Shown here piece after piece: positions 36,880-49,228 of a stretch of DNA of 64,000 bases. The notes beneath the pieces were generated by a model that saw nothing but the letters and a program-made list of their open reading frames with translations, ran no database searches and had not been told where the DNA came from. Source of the DNA: Okamejei kenojei (lineage: Eukaryota). Position 1 is the first letter of the stretch, and each line of letters opens with the position of its first letter. A program made the translations under genes and the position numbers. The stretch lies in the NCBI GenBank assembly GCA_035221665.1, contig CM069153.1, positions 15,376,001 through 15,440,000 of the forward strand, in the 5' to 3' direction.

Positions 36880-37185
36880 ATTTTAGTTTAGTTTAGAGAT
36901 ACAGCATGGAAACAGGTCCTTCGGCCCACCGAGTCCACACCAACCAGCAATCCCCCACATTAATACTATCCTACACACACTAGGGACAATTTACACATAC
37001 ACCAAGCCAATTTACCTACATACCTGTGTGTCTTTGGAGTGTGGGAGGAAACAAAAGATCTCAGAGCAAACCCATGCAGTCACGGGGACAAACTCTGTAC
37101 AAACAGCGCACCCATAGGCGGGATTGAACCCGGGTCTCTGGCGCTGTAAGCGCTGTATGGCAGCAACTCTACCACTGCACCACCA
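36880..37185 (-). mobile_element. HE1/V-SINE
   Basis: On the minus strand: tggtgcagtggtagagttgctgcc head, gggttcaatcc B box, ttcctcccacactccaaagac, (ctaaa)n tail. Confidence 0.9.
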
Positions 37186-38391
37186 TGACCGCAGTGCATT
37201 GGTGCTGTGCATCAAATTTGAAGCTCTTCAGGAATGTTCTCTGAGAGTCTTTGAATGTATTTTTCTGTTCCCCAGTAACAAAACACCAGCCCTGGAGTGG
37301 ATCGCCCACAGAAACAGCAAGCATTGCCTCTAACCATCAGTATGGGAAGTCAGCACCATTCTGCAAGGATTGACGATATGATGATAGAATAACAGTGTTA
37401 CCTAACATGCAATTCCACCTTCTTCAATGTGCTAAGAAAAGATTTGCAAATAGGGTACCTAGTCACCTGCTGGAAAATGTCATTGATTCAGCCCCCAAAA
37501 AGCAAAATTTGATGTTAATGTAAATCGTAGCATCAATATCATAAATTGACAACTTCAGTCAAAATGTCTGGAACAATATTATGACTTCAAAATTCTTGTT
37601 GTACGAATGAAAGTTTATCAAGTGGCCACACAGGATGCTGCTCCGTGAAAACACCAGGTTAACTTGCAAAAGAGATTTTATAACCCCAGTTGATATTAAT
37701 CTCCATCCCATTGATTTAAATTTGAAGGGGAGATTGTGTGGCCTCTTGAGGGATAAGTCTCTAGTCTAGTCATATAGACAACACGCTATCATGCCTACAT
37801 TCAGAGAACTCAGCAAAAACAATAAATCATTAGCGTAACAACATGACTATTTTTTAAACCAATTAGTAGAAACTCATTTAAACTATGATGAACATAAAAG
37901 AAACCAAATATACACTGTAGATTTTTAAACCACACTAAATTTCAGAAGCAGCGAATGTGGAGGTTATTTTAACAAAACTGATAACGTCTTATATTGGCTC
38001 TACAATATGGCATTGGGTTACAAATTATAATCAATAATGATAAATACGATTTTGTGCATTGAATAATGTGTGCATCGTATATCGTGAATAGAACTTAATC
38101 GAGGAAATGCGACTGAAGTAATCTGAAGAAATCCGAGACGGATGGTAGAATCAATGGCCAGACAATGTGGGTAATTTATGAAGCAAAGAACAGCAGCTTC
38201 TATTTATGTGGCATCCTTGATATTGCAAAACATCCCAAACTGTTCCATGAGCATTATCAAAGAAAATGAGATATGGAAAGATTAGTTTATGTTTTGACAG
38301 TGAACGTTTCATCATTACTAGTCCAAGCTCACAAGCACAGAAAGAATAAACTATGTCTCGTGTTTCCATTTGCTTATTTAGGGTTTAGCAC

Positions 38392-39100
38392 GGGGTCACA
38401 AAATGCTGGAGTAACTCAGTGGGACAGGCAGCATCTCTGGATAGAAGGAATGTGTGATGTTTCGAGTCAAGACCTTTCTTCAGACTGAGGAAGAAGGGTC
38501 TCGACCCGAAACGTCGCCTATCTCCTTCGAGATGCTGCTGCACCCGCTGAGTTTCTCCAGCTTTTTGTGTAGGAAGAAGGGTCTCGACCCGAAACGTCGC
38601 CTATCTCCTTCGCTCCTTAGATGCTGCTGCACCCGCTGAGTTTCTCCAGCTTTTTGTGTACCCACCTTTCTTCAGACTGAGTCGGGGGAGAGGGAATTAC
38701 AGAGATAACGAAATGTAAGGTGTGAAAACGAGACAAAGGAGATGAAGATCAAGGAAAATGTAGAATAGATTGTTAGCTAGGAGAAGATAACAACAAAGCG
38801 AACAGAAATAAAATGTAATTGGGGATAGTCAGACTGGCCGGAGAACTGGAAAGGGGGTGACGGACGGAGAGCAAGGGTTACTTGTAGTTAGACAAGTCAA
38901 TATTCATACCGCTGGGGTGTAAGCTGCCCAAGCGAAATATGATGTGCTGTTCCTCCAATTCGCACTGGGCCTCACTCTGACAATAGAGGACAGAAAGGTC
39001 AGTGTGGGAATAGGAGGAGGAGTTAAAGTGTTTAGCAACCGGGAGATCAGACTGAGAGGAGGTGTTCAGCAAAACGATTGCCGAGCCTGCACTTTGTCTT
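38392..39100 (-). mobile_element. PLE 3' fragment interrupted by a plus-strand tandem tail insertion
   Basis: ORF 38878-39216: LPVAKHFNS..HIIFRLGSLHPSGMNID (GIY-YIG C-terminus), then UTR and tail to 38392. Confidence 0.88.
38490..38663 (+). mobile_element. Head-to-tail dimer of PLE tail unit with 18-bp TSD
   Basis: Two copies of gaagaagggtctcgacccgaaacgtcgcc...ctccagctttttgtgta, flanked by acctttcttcagactgag at 38472-38489 and 38664-38681. Confidence 0.9.
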
Positions 39101-40189
39101 AGCGAGGGAAGCAAGAATGCACAAAGTAAGATAGCAAAAGCAGGCAGACTCTGTAAAGTCCAAGAAACTATTAAAATCAGGCAAAATACAGACATGAAAT
39201 AAGTCCAAGGCATCATTCAGGTTCAAAACCCATTGGAATCTGCAAGGCTTTTCCATGTCAAGGCATCTTATTGCACTGATATATATGTACAGTATTTTTA
39301 AAGGCTTTCTTCGGTGCTGTTATGTAAGGTTGGTACTTTATGCCAGGGACCCAGACTAAAATCTAACTAAGACAATTGCAAAGCAAATCTCAATTTCTCA
39401 ATGGTCATTAAGCGAACTTAACACTGGTTTCATCTACCCAATTCCCAAAAGAAATGTCTCTGCTGCACAAGATCAATCTCACTGCCTCGCAATGTATTCG
39501 TAAGACAAAATGCAATCACTCTCTCTCCAGAAACATTGCAGCTGAATAATAAACCTAGGTAGTCATTCAGCTGTGCTGTCTCACATTGAATTCTGCTAAT
39601 GGTCAGAGTTCGACTGAATGAGCAGCTCTGATGTATCATGTGACTAGAGTAATACCTTTAAGTGCATGACAGCTGATAGAGTTTACAGAAGTATTTTGCT
39701 TTATGCCACTTTTTAACTTCATTATCTCTACATTTGTGATGGCAACACTGCAATGAGCTTTTCTGCACCAGTGAGAGTTCTAAATCCTCTCGATAATACA
39801 CAATCTATTGCTTCCACTTAAATCTCTTCCAACTGGAACTGCTGGGAACAACAGCTGTGAAAAACCATGAATTCCAACAGTGAAAAGGAGCACTTTTGCT
39901 CATCAGTTAATGCAGTCCTAGTGACTTCCAGCTGTTATTTATCCATGCATCTCAAGTATCAACAAGAAAATTAATCATGGGATGGAATTTCAAACTAATC
40001 AGTGAATATTGTATTTGTTATTAAATGATTTGATACAGCGTGTGCAGTTGATTTCTGACCTGTCTTCCAACTAAATTATAATTTTTTATTCAACATAGGA
40101 TAGTTCCTATTCATAAGGCTGCATGTGAGTGAAAACGTTAAAGCTAGACAGAATGGAAATAATTGGCTAATTCTCTTGTCTAGTTGCTG

Positions 40190-40466
40190 CCTTACAGCAC
40201 TTGCAAGACGTGGACCTGGGTTCGACTACGGGGGCTGTCTGTACGGAGTTTGTACGTTCTTCCCGTGAAGGCGTTGGTTTTCTCTGAGATCTTCGGTATT
40301 CTCCCACACTCCAAAGACGTTAAGGTTTGTAGATTAATTGGCTTGGTATAAATGTTAATTGTCCTTAGTACGTATAGAATAGTTTTAATGTGCGGGGATC
40401 GCTGGTCAGTGCGGACTTGGTGGGTCGAAGGGCTTGTTTCCACGCTGTATCTCTAAACTAAACTAA
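40190..40466 (+). mobile_element. HE1/V-SINE
   Basis: gttgctgccttacagc..gggttcgact..ctcccacactccaaagacg..gggtcgaagggcttgtttcc..(ctaaa)n. Confidence 0.88.
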
Positions 40467-40999
40467 TCAAGCATGACACCCCACTGCTGTAAATGACTAA
40501 AATTGATATTATGCATATAATTTGTATGCCATTCTCCCAATTGCTGCATTTTTATTCTGGGGAAATTACCTTGCTTCTAATGGGGGATGTTGTCTAGTTT
40601 CTGCTTCCTCCACATTTTGGACAGATTTTGTTTTCTCACTAAAATAACTTTGATATGCGGTAAACTGTTTGCTGTGAGCATACACATACCCACTCTGCAA
40701 GTCGTTGACTGCCTCAGAGTTGCCAGAAACTATGCTGTTCCAACTAAGAACAGTAGGAATAGGAAAGATTGATTATCTTAATAAATGGCTTTCTGGGTGG
40801 GAAGAAATGTAATGGAGCATTATTTCAACTTTTTTTTTAAGCCAGAAAAGCACTTTATAGTTCCCTTCAAATGATATACGTGTGGCTTCCATGATACTGT
40901 ACAGACTGTGGTACCTTGGTTAGTCTTAAGGCCCAAGACCCATTGCGAAGACTTAACAAGATTCATGCATATGAATTATTGAAATGAGAGAATATGGTA

Positions 41000-41309
41000 C
41001 AGGTCCATTACCAATTTTCCAGCAACTGATGGTCCGGCACCTTGTTTAATCTGGACAAAATACGGGGAGCATGTGACGCACACTCTTTCATGTGCCTCCG
41101 TCCTGAAATAATTAATTGTTCACTTCTTTGTTAATTGTCAATTCTTTACTGAGGTTTCTAGCAGTGCTTTAGAGACACAGAAGGGGTATAATGAGTGGGT
41201 CAGAAGTGTATTGTTGAAGTATTGTTATGTGACCTCTCGTGGTCTGACAAAATGGATAATCCGGCAAGGTACTGGAACCAAGGGAGCCAGAGGATTGATG
41301 GTGTTCCGG
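41000..41309. mobile_element. Old Tigger/pogo-like MITE
   Basis: TA-flanked CAG start, with degenerate subterminal (t)aatccgg/gtccgg repeats at both ends. TIRs are poorly conserved. Confidence 0.4.
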
Positions 41310-42149
41310 TACCATCCATAGTACTGTGCCTCAAAGACATCCAACTGGGATGTCTTCCATCTTCGGGGATGTAATTTTCAGGAAGAGTGGAGAGTTCATC
41401 TTCTTGTTCCAGTCAATAGTGACGCAACAAACAACATCACAGAATTAGACCTTTTTATTTCCAAGTGTATTTACTTATTTTATTTACATTTAATGGTTCA
41501 AATGCATTTTATTTAAGGCACTTGAGAACACTTTAAGGAAAAGAGAGCATTTAAATTTGCTTTTATTTCTGATATGGAAATAACATGATTTCTTTCCGAT
41601 TCTATCAAATTGCATCAACTGAATACAATTTGCAACATCATGGAACTTTAGATAGACACGAAAAGCTGGTGTAACTCACCGGGTCAGACAGCATCTCTGG
41701 AGAAAAGGAATAGGTCGAGACCTTTCTTCAGACTGAGAGTCAGGGGGGTTAGGGGTCATGGAACTTTTCCCTGGCTAATTTTGTGTCATGATAGATCTCC
41801 AGAGGCAGGGATTTTACAAGAAATTATAAAATTATTCTTTGATCTTGAATCAAATTATAATTTTGGGTAAACTTGTATTTTTCTTTGGTTTTTTTTGGAA
41901 TCAATTTTCCCTCTGGTTGTGCTCTGAGATGTTGAATGAGCCCCATATTGCAACTACAAGCTTCCATAGATGGGACAGGTGGTGGCTGATGGGGCAGGCA
42001 CACAGGTAGATGTGTGTTGGTGCATTCCTTCCATTGCTTACACTGGGTTTCTGCTTACTCCCGATAAATGGCCTCAAGGTTCTCAATACCATCTCCAATG
42101 TTCCTTCTCCACTTGGAGTAGGGCAAGAGATTCTTAGGAATTAACATAA

Positions 42150-42318
42150 TCAAGAGAGAGATAGATATAGGTCTTAGGGCTAATGGAATCAAGGGATACG
42201 AGGAGAAGGCAGGAACGGGGGACTGATTTTGGATGATCAACCATGATCATATGGAATGGCGGTACTGGCTCGAAGGGCCGAATGGCCTACTACCACACCT
42301 ATTTTCTATGTTTCTATG
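42150..42318 (+). mobile_element. CR1 3' UTR fragment
   Basis: ggagaaggcaggaacggg..gatgatca.ccatgatca..ggctcgaagggccgaatggcctac, with a (ttctatgt)n tail. Confidence 0.85.
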
Positions 42319-42864
42319 AATAAATGGTAATGCTGTATTTTTTCAAGCAAGTTTAAAGCACATCTCTCTTCCTATCTTCCTGGTAAACTCGTCTCATGAC
42401 AAACATCAGAACAGAGTGTCCTAGGAATTTGGTGTCAGGGATGCAAACAAGGGTGTCTTCCCAATGTAATTCACTGCATGTTACTAGGAATGTCACACAT
42501 TCTTCTATGTCTAACTATAGCACCAGGTATTACTTTATTATTTTACATATTTGATTCTGAATGTATCTTCAAGTCTCACAGCGAACTAGCCAAGTGTGCC
42601 TTTTGCTTACGGTTAATAATTTCAGCTTTCATACATTAATATTTCTTCCTTTAGGCCAATTCATGTAATTGTTGAAAGTATAGCTACATTCTTCGTAAGC
42701 TTCACATGGCTGATATTTTATGAATAATATCAATGAATCCTACGGGTTGTAACACACAGGGAGCAATCCTATTGAAAAATGTGTTTGTACTTTGTGACTC
42801 TAAGGGAATTGGTAGAGAAGGTGAGTAATAATTACAGGTTAAAACATACACATTAAAAGATAAA

Positions 42865-43370
42865 CAAAGACACGAAGTGATGGAGTAATTCTGAAGGTCA
42901 GGCAGCATCTCTGGAAAACATGGATAGGTGACATTTCAGGTCAGGATTCTTCAAGGATTCCAACAAAAAATGTCACCTACCATGTGTAGGAGGGAACTGC
43001 AGATGCTGGTTTACATTGAAGATAGACACAAAATGCTGAAGTAACTCAGCGGAACAGGCACCATCTCTGGATAGAAGAAAAGGGTGATGTTTCGGGTCGA
43101 GACCCTCTTCAGGCTGAGGGTCCGGGGAGAGGGAGACACAGACATGGAAGGGTAAGATGTGAAAACGAGAGATCAAAGGGGACAAAGTTCAAGGAAAATG
43201 TAGAATAGCTGAGGGGAAGGTGACAACAAGGCACACAAAAGTAAAATCAGGACAGTCAGACTGAGTTATGTCACCTATCATGTTTTCCAGAAAAGCTGCC
43301 TGACCCGCTGAGTTTATCCAGCACTTTGTGTCTTTCTTTGTAAACCAGCATCAGAAGTTCCTTGTTTCCA
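42865..43370. repeat. Nested/inverted PLE tail units
   Basis: An outer inverted pair (42865-42985 and 43270-43370) contains a minus-strand PLE tail (42983-43265). atgtcaccta.catgt is repeated at ~42970 and ~43268. Confidence 0.75.
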
Positions 43371-43952
43371 CAAAATAAGAGATAAAATGTGTGGGACCCA
43401 CTGGAATATCCTTCTTGAATGTAATGTTCCTTGCATTTTTGCTGATTTATATAATGAATTAATTGCTACAATCATACTGCCAGATTTGTTGAATCTGCAA
43501 TTTGAATTACATTGATTTTTTACAAAGCACCATCATATTGGTTGCCAGTGCAAATCTTCTACAGATTTTGTTTTCCTTCTACTCTAATGTCAGATACTGG
43601 TGGGTGGCCAATATATCCCTGCAGAATTTCAAATGATTAAAAAAAAAGCTATTACACACTTGACCCAAGTACCACATCTATTTACTCCATCTTGTGGTTG
43701 AGTTCTGGAATGGCTGCTTCATGAAACCTAAAATAAAAACTGCTGGCTGGACAGGTACGATCTGTAGAAAAATAAACAGATAAAGGGGCTTTGAACTGAA
43801 CTGTTAATTTTATTTCTCTTCCCACAGCATTTTCCACCAGGCAAATCCTGCTTTAATCTGTTGTTACTTCAGATTTCCAGCAACTACAGAATTTACAGAT
43901 ATTTGAGTTTCTTCTCATCCAATGTTGCTCGGAGATGATGAAACACTTTTTC

Positions 43953-44220
43953 CGTTAGAACGGAGATGAGGAAACACTTTTTCACACAGAGAATTATGAT
44001 TCTGTGGAATTCTCTGCCTCAGAGGGCGGTGGAGGCCGGTTCTCTGGATACTTTCAAGAGAGAGCTTGATAGGTCTTTTAAAGGTAGCGGAGTTAGGGTT
44101 ATGTGCAGTAGGTAGGAACGGGGATGATCATCCATCATCACATTGAATGGTGGTGCTGGCTCAAAGGCAAGAATGACTTACTCCTGCACCTATTGTCTAT
44201 TGTGTATTGTCTATTGTCTA
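43953..44220 (+). mobile_element. CR1 (HER1-like) 3' end
   Basis: Same sequence family as 18400-18660, with a (ctattgt)n tail. Confidence 0.88.
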
Positions 44221-45154
44221 GAGGTTGAAAGTCAGCCCTGCAGCCCACCAGTCAATTCAATCCATATTACTTATCTGTACTAGTCACATTTCTCAGCAAC
44301 ATGCCCATTGCCCCAGTGTTGTAGACTCATGGAATCATACACCACAGAAACAGATCTTTGTACCCACAATGTCCATGCCAAACATCAAGTACCCTTCTAT
44401 GATAATCGGATTATCGCGCATTTGACCCATAACCTTCTTCACCTTGTTGATTCAAATATTTGCCTAGATAATTGTGATCCAGTTTTCAGTAAGCCTGTGA
44501 ATGAAAAAAAATCTTCCTCAGATCTTTTATAAATATTTTCCTCCTTGCCCTACATCTATGCGCTCTGGTGGAAATGCTTCAGACTGTCTAGTAACAAGGA
44601 ACTGCAGATGCTGGTTATACAAATGGACGCAATGCATTGGAAAAGCTCAGCAGACCAGGCAGAATCCTTGGAGAATATTGATAGGTGACATTTCAGGTCG
44701 AGACAGGAAGGCCTCGACCCAAAATGTCACCTATCCATGTTCTCCACAAATGCTGCCTGGTCTGCTTAGTTACTCCAGCACTTTGTATCCTTTTATTACT
44801 TTCTATCTTATCCATATCCCTCAATATTTTGTGCAGCTCAACCAGGTCTACCACTGGTTCATCCACCTCAACAAAAACAAACCTGGTTTATGCAGTCTTA
44901 TCTCACACCCGAACCATTCCATCCCAGGCAACATCCTGATGAATCTCCTCTGTGCCCTTCCTTGAGCAATCACCTCCTTCCTGAAATATGGCAACCAGAA
45001 TTACGCACAGCTTTCTAGCTGTGGCTTAACCAATGTTTTATAAAGTTGTGCAATGACCTCTTTGCTTTATAACCTGGCTAATCTGTAGCTTTCTCAATGA
45101 CATTATCCACCTGTGCTGACACCTCCATGGATCTTTTGATATCTACACTAAGTA

Positions 45155-45990
45155 CAAAGAACATAGAACAATACAGCAGCGGGACAGACCCTTCTGCTCA
45201 CAACCTCCATGATGAACATGATGCCAAGTTAAATAATCTCACTTACCTGCACATGATCCATGTCTCCCCAATCCCTGCATATTCACGTTCCCTTCTAAAA
45301 GCCTCTTAAATGCCACAATCATATCCGTCTCCACCACTACCCATGGCGACATGTCCCATCTGTGCAAACAACTTGCCCTGCACATCTTTAAACTTTGTCC
45401 CTCTCACCTTAAAGCTATACCCTATAGTTTTTGACAATTCCAATCTGGGGGAAAAAACGTTTTCGATCCTATTCATGTTTCTGGTAACTTTATAAAATTC
45501 TGTTAGGTTTCTCCTCAACCTCCAGAGAACACAATCAAAGTTTGTACAACCTCTCCATGTACCTAATACCCTGAAAACCAGGCAGCATTCTGGTAATCGT
45601 CTGTTGCACCCTCTCCACAGCCCACACATTCTTCATGTAATGAGGTGACCAGAACTGCACACATTACTCCAAATGTGGTTTAATGAAAGTCTTACAGAGC
45701 TGCAACATGATTTCCTGACACTCATACTCAATGGCCTAACTAATGAAAATAAACATACCATACACCTTTGTTACCACTCTATCTACTTGTATTCCAACTT
45801 TCAGGGAGCCATGTGCTTGAATCACAAGATACCTCTGTACTTCAAAACTGTCAAGAGCCTTACCACTAATTGTATATATTCCCCTTACATTTGACCTCCA
45901 AAAGTGCAACACCTCACACTTGTTCACATTAAACTCCATCTGCCATTTCTCTACCCACTTCCGTAGCTTCCATATTATATCCTGATGAAT
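45155..45990 (-). mobile_element. CR1 LINE 3' fragment
   Basis: MEFNVNKCEVLHF..VYTISGK motif, gagtaatgtgtgcagttctggtcacc, and a (gttctat)n-like tail. Confidence 0.85.
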
Positions 45991-46110
45991 ACTGATGCAG
46001 TACTCACTTAGTACTTCATCTACATCCTCTAACTTAAAAATTGAATTCCCTCCTTTATCCTTGGATGATCCGACTTTGTCACTGGTTACCCTTTATTTTA
46101 TTAATGTACA

Positions 46111-46241
46111 CGGGGTGGGAGATTGCAACCTTCATGTGGTCCACCCTGTTTCGACTAATGCAATCAACCCGACATGCACAAACAAATAGATCAAATAGAA
46201 CAAGTTGACCAACACCTTTAGACTGTGCCATACACAAGAAG
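46111..46241 (+). mobile_element. 131-bp short retroposed insertion with 11-bp TSD (family unassigned, RTE-tail-like)
   Basis: attaatgtaca at 46100-46110 and 46242-46252; the insert ends in aagaag. Confidence 0.65.
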
Positions 46242-46464
46242 ATTAATGTACATGAAAAGCCCAGGGGATGTTCTTTAATCCTATTCACCAATAACACTTC
46301 ATGGCTCTTTTAAGTCCTTTTACTTGCTGTTTGAGTTATTTCCTGCTTGCTTTGTATTCCTCCAAAGCCATGTCTGATTTCATCTTAGCATACCTTACAT
46401 TTGCTTCCTTTTTCTTTTTGACCAAGGTTCCTCTGTCCTTAGTACTCCCTGGGGTTCACTATTC

Positions 46465-46720
46465 ATAATCATAATAATCATAGTCATAGTTAGTCATAAT
46501 CATACTTGATTAGCCAAATATGTTGTGCAACACATGAAGAATTTGATTTGCCATACAGTCATACCAATAAAAAGCAACAAAACACACAAAATACATTTTG
46601 ACATAAACATCCACCACAGTGACTCCTCCACATTCCTCACTGTGATGGAAGGCGAAAAAAAAAGTTGAATCTCTTTCCTTCGTTGTTCTCCTATGATCGG
46701 GACACTCGAGCCTTCCATTG
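46465..46720 (-). mobile_element. Rex1/Babar-type LINE 3' tail
   Basis: (cataat)n tail and catccaccacagtgactcc..ctcactgtgatggaaggc, as at 31530-31575. Confidence 0.65.
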
Positions 46721-46721
46721 A

Positions 46722-47165
46722 TTGGGCGGTCTTGTGTAGAGTCTGGCGTTATTAGTCTGGGCAATGGGCAGGTGCTATAGACCTGCACAGGAAGGTAGAC
46801 GCCCCCGCCCTCGTGAGCCTAGGAAGGCAGCCCATCTAGGAGAGGAAAACTCTGATTTAAAACTTCCACTGCCTTGTGGCCATATCCAGTCATGGAAAAG
46901 GCTACAGGAGTAAACCTCAATAAAATCCGGATTTGGAGCCCCTAAGGGCAGTTTGTCATTGTCTACAACCTCGCTCTGGCAGCTCCTGTGATGGTGCTGG
47001 TGCCAAACTATAACGGCCCTGTTGTTCCTTTGGATCGATCAGCGACATTGAGAGGGGGGGATGTGCTGCATGGGCAACAGACTGTCTTCTATATGACATT
47101 GCCCAGGTTTGAATCCGACCACAGATCACCTGCATCACCCATGGTCAGTCATGACCGAGGGGGGC
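46722..47165 (+). mobile_element. RTE-related non-autonomous fragment (5' UTR-like)
   Basis: ggcagcccatctaggagaggaaaactctgatttaaaac resembles the conserved RTE 5' UTR motif. No ORF. Confidence 0.45.
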
Positions 47166-47297
47166 TTATGATATTAGTCTTCTCATTAAGCATTCATTTA
47201 CAATTACCATTATTAAGTTTTATCAGACTATTGTGTTCTCCTTTCACTGGTGCCAAATTTCAAAGGAAAATACAACATACATTCCCCACTCTTTCTC

Positions 47298-47470
47298 TGC
47301 TGCATTGACGATTGCATTGGGGCTGCCTCTTGCACTACCAACTTCCACCCTGCCCTTCAATTCACTTGGACTATCTCCGACACCGATCTCCCCTTTCGCG
47401 ATAATTTTCTCTCCATCACAGGGGGCAGACTATCAACTGACATCTAATATAAACCCACTTAAACTCATGC
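47298..47470 (+). mobile_element. Penelope RT internal fragment
   Basis: CIDDCIGAAS..NFHPALQFTWTISDT.LPF..LSTDI, homologous to ORF 34973-35788 and including a degenerate YIDD. Confidence 0.8.
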
Positions 47471-47558
47471 CCTCTTTGACATTTCACCTGGGGAAAAAGG
47501 CCCTGACTATCTACCTATCTGTGCTTTACATAATACATCATATCATTTACATAATATG

Positions 47559-49228
47559 TCTATGTTACTAAACGTCTCATCTTGACCACTTCCTGTTGTT
47601 CTGTATATTGATTTTAGAAAAAAAACGCTGCCACTTACGGCTGTAATTTCTGGTCATCTTACTCAAAGTCCCCCTCCGCTGCGCAGGACAAGAGGATTTT
47701 TCCCATCGATAAAAAATAAAAGAGTTATAAGTGTTTAAAAATGTTGTGATTCTCTCTCCTGAAGGCCACGCCCCTTCCGGAGTGGCTATAAAACCCGGAA
47801 GTGTGCAGATGCCTCAGTTCGCTGCAAGATGGGGGAGCAAGAGGTTGCAATTCTCAGTCTAAGCTATGAATAAAACTGAACACATGTCTACTAAACTGCG
47901 AGTGGTTTTACTGACCTGTCAGCGCCCTTAATGTGGTTTGAAGATGTAGTTTGCAAGTGCTAAAGCTGTGTTGCCTTTGGTTTGAAAGTGCTAAAGCTGT
48001 TTTGCCTTTGGTTTGAAAGTGCTAAAACTAGAACAGATTAGACTTGATTTAGAAAACGCGATAGATCCAACTATGGATAAACACAACAAGATAGCAATAT
48101 TGAAATTTAAACTAAACCAAATTTTATCTGCAAGAGTTATTAGATTATTTCAAATTACAAAACAGGAAAATTTCGAATTCTGCGACAAGCCACACAAACA
48201 TTTAGCACACCAGCTGAGAAAAGTTGAAACGGGCCAGACTATTCTAAAAATTAAATCAGATAAAGGTGAACTATTAACGCTTCCAAAAGACATTAATGAA
48301 AGATTTCCCAATTTTATCAAAATTTATACACATCTAAAACATCAACAGAAAGCAGAAAAATCACAAACTTTCTGGACAACTGTAAACTTCCAACACTTAA
48401 CCCACTGGAACAAGATGAATTCGGAGCACAGATTTCAATTAAAGAAATAGAAGAGACAATTAATTCACTGAATAATGGTAAAACACCAGGACCAGACGGG
48501 TTCAGTAACGAATTTTATAAAAAATTTCACGAGGTAATTTCCCCATGTTCACACAATCTTTATACATTTGCATTTAAAGAAGACATTACCACCAACACTA
48601 GCTGAAACAACTACCACACAAAAATAAATAAAAAATTAAAAATTAAGTGCTAAAACTGTGTTGCCTTTGGTTTGAAAGTGCTAAAGCTGTGGTGCCTTTG
48701 GTTTGAAAGTGCTGAAGTTGCCTTGCCTAATTAAAGTTGCCTTGCCTTCCATAGATAATTTAAAGTTTAATCTTGACAACTTCCTATTTGCGCTTTATAT
48801 TGATTTTAGAAAAAACGCTAGCACGTACGGCTGTGATTTCTGGCCATCTTACTCAGTCCTCCTCCACTCATCAGGTGCTGAGGATTTTTCCCATTGATGA
48901 AGAATAAAAGAGTTATTACTGTTTAAACAATGTTGAGATTCTCTCTCCTGTCAATCGCGCCATGAAGGCCACGCCCCTTCTGGTGGGAGGAGAGACTATA
49001 AATGGCATGGCTCAGTCTCTACAAGATGGGGGAGGGAGAGGTCATGACTCGCTGTCTTTAGTTGCCTTGCACCCTGCTTGAAGTGGTATGATTAGCACCC
49101 CAGAACCCCCCCCCCCCCCCCCCGGTCCCCCACTGGCCTCCAATATTGGAATTGGTGGAGAGGTGGAATATTCCGTTGGGGGACCAGCCCTCCCGTGTGA
49201 TGCTGGGACCCAACAGGTCCCACTTAGT
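47559..49228 (+). mobile_element. Non-autonomous Helitron-like element with internal duplication and minisatellite
   Basis: 5' end TCTATGTTACTAAA. 3' hairpin tgggacc-caaca-ggtccca (49204-49222) followed by cttagt. No TIR or TSD. Block ~47585-47860 is repeated at ~48775-49055; ~31-bp tandem units at 47935-48030 and 48645-48715. It sits inside a minus-strand CR1 remnant. Confidence 0.7.
48030..48644 (+). mobile_element. Internal L1 ORF2 fragment with A-rich tail and 13-bp TSD
   Basis: FEFCDKPHKHLAHQLRK..IKSDKG..PKDINERF and aaaacaccaggaccagacgggttc (KTPGPDGF). A-rich tract 48620-48644; aagtgctaaaact at 48017-29 and 48645-57. Confidence 0.88.
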
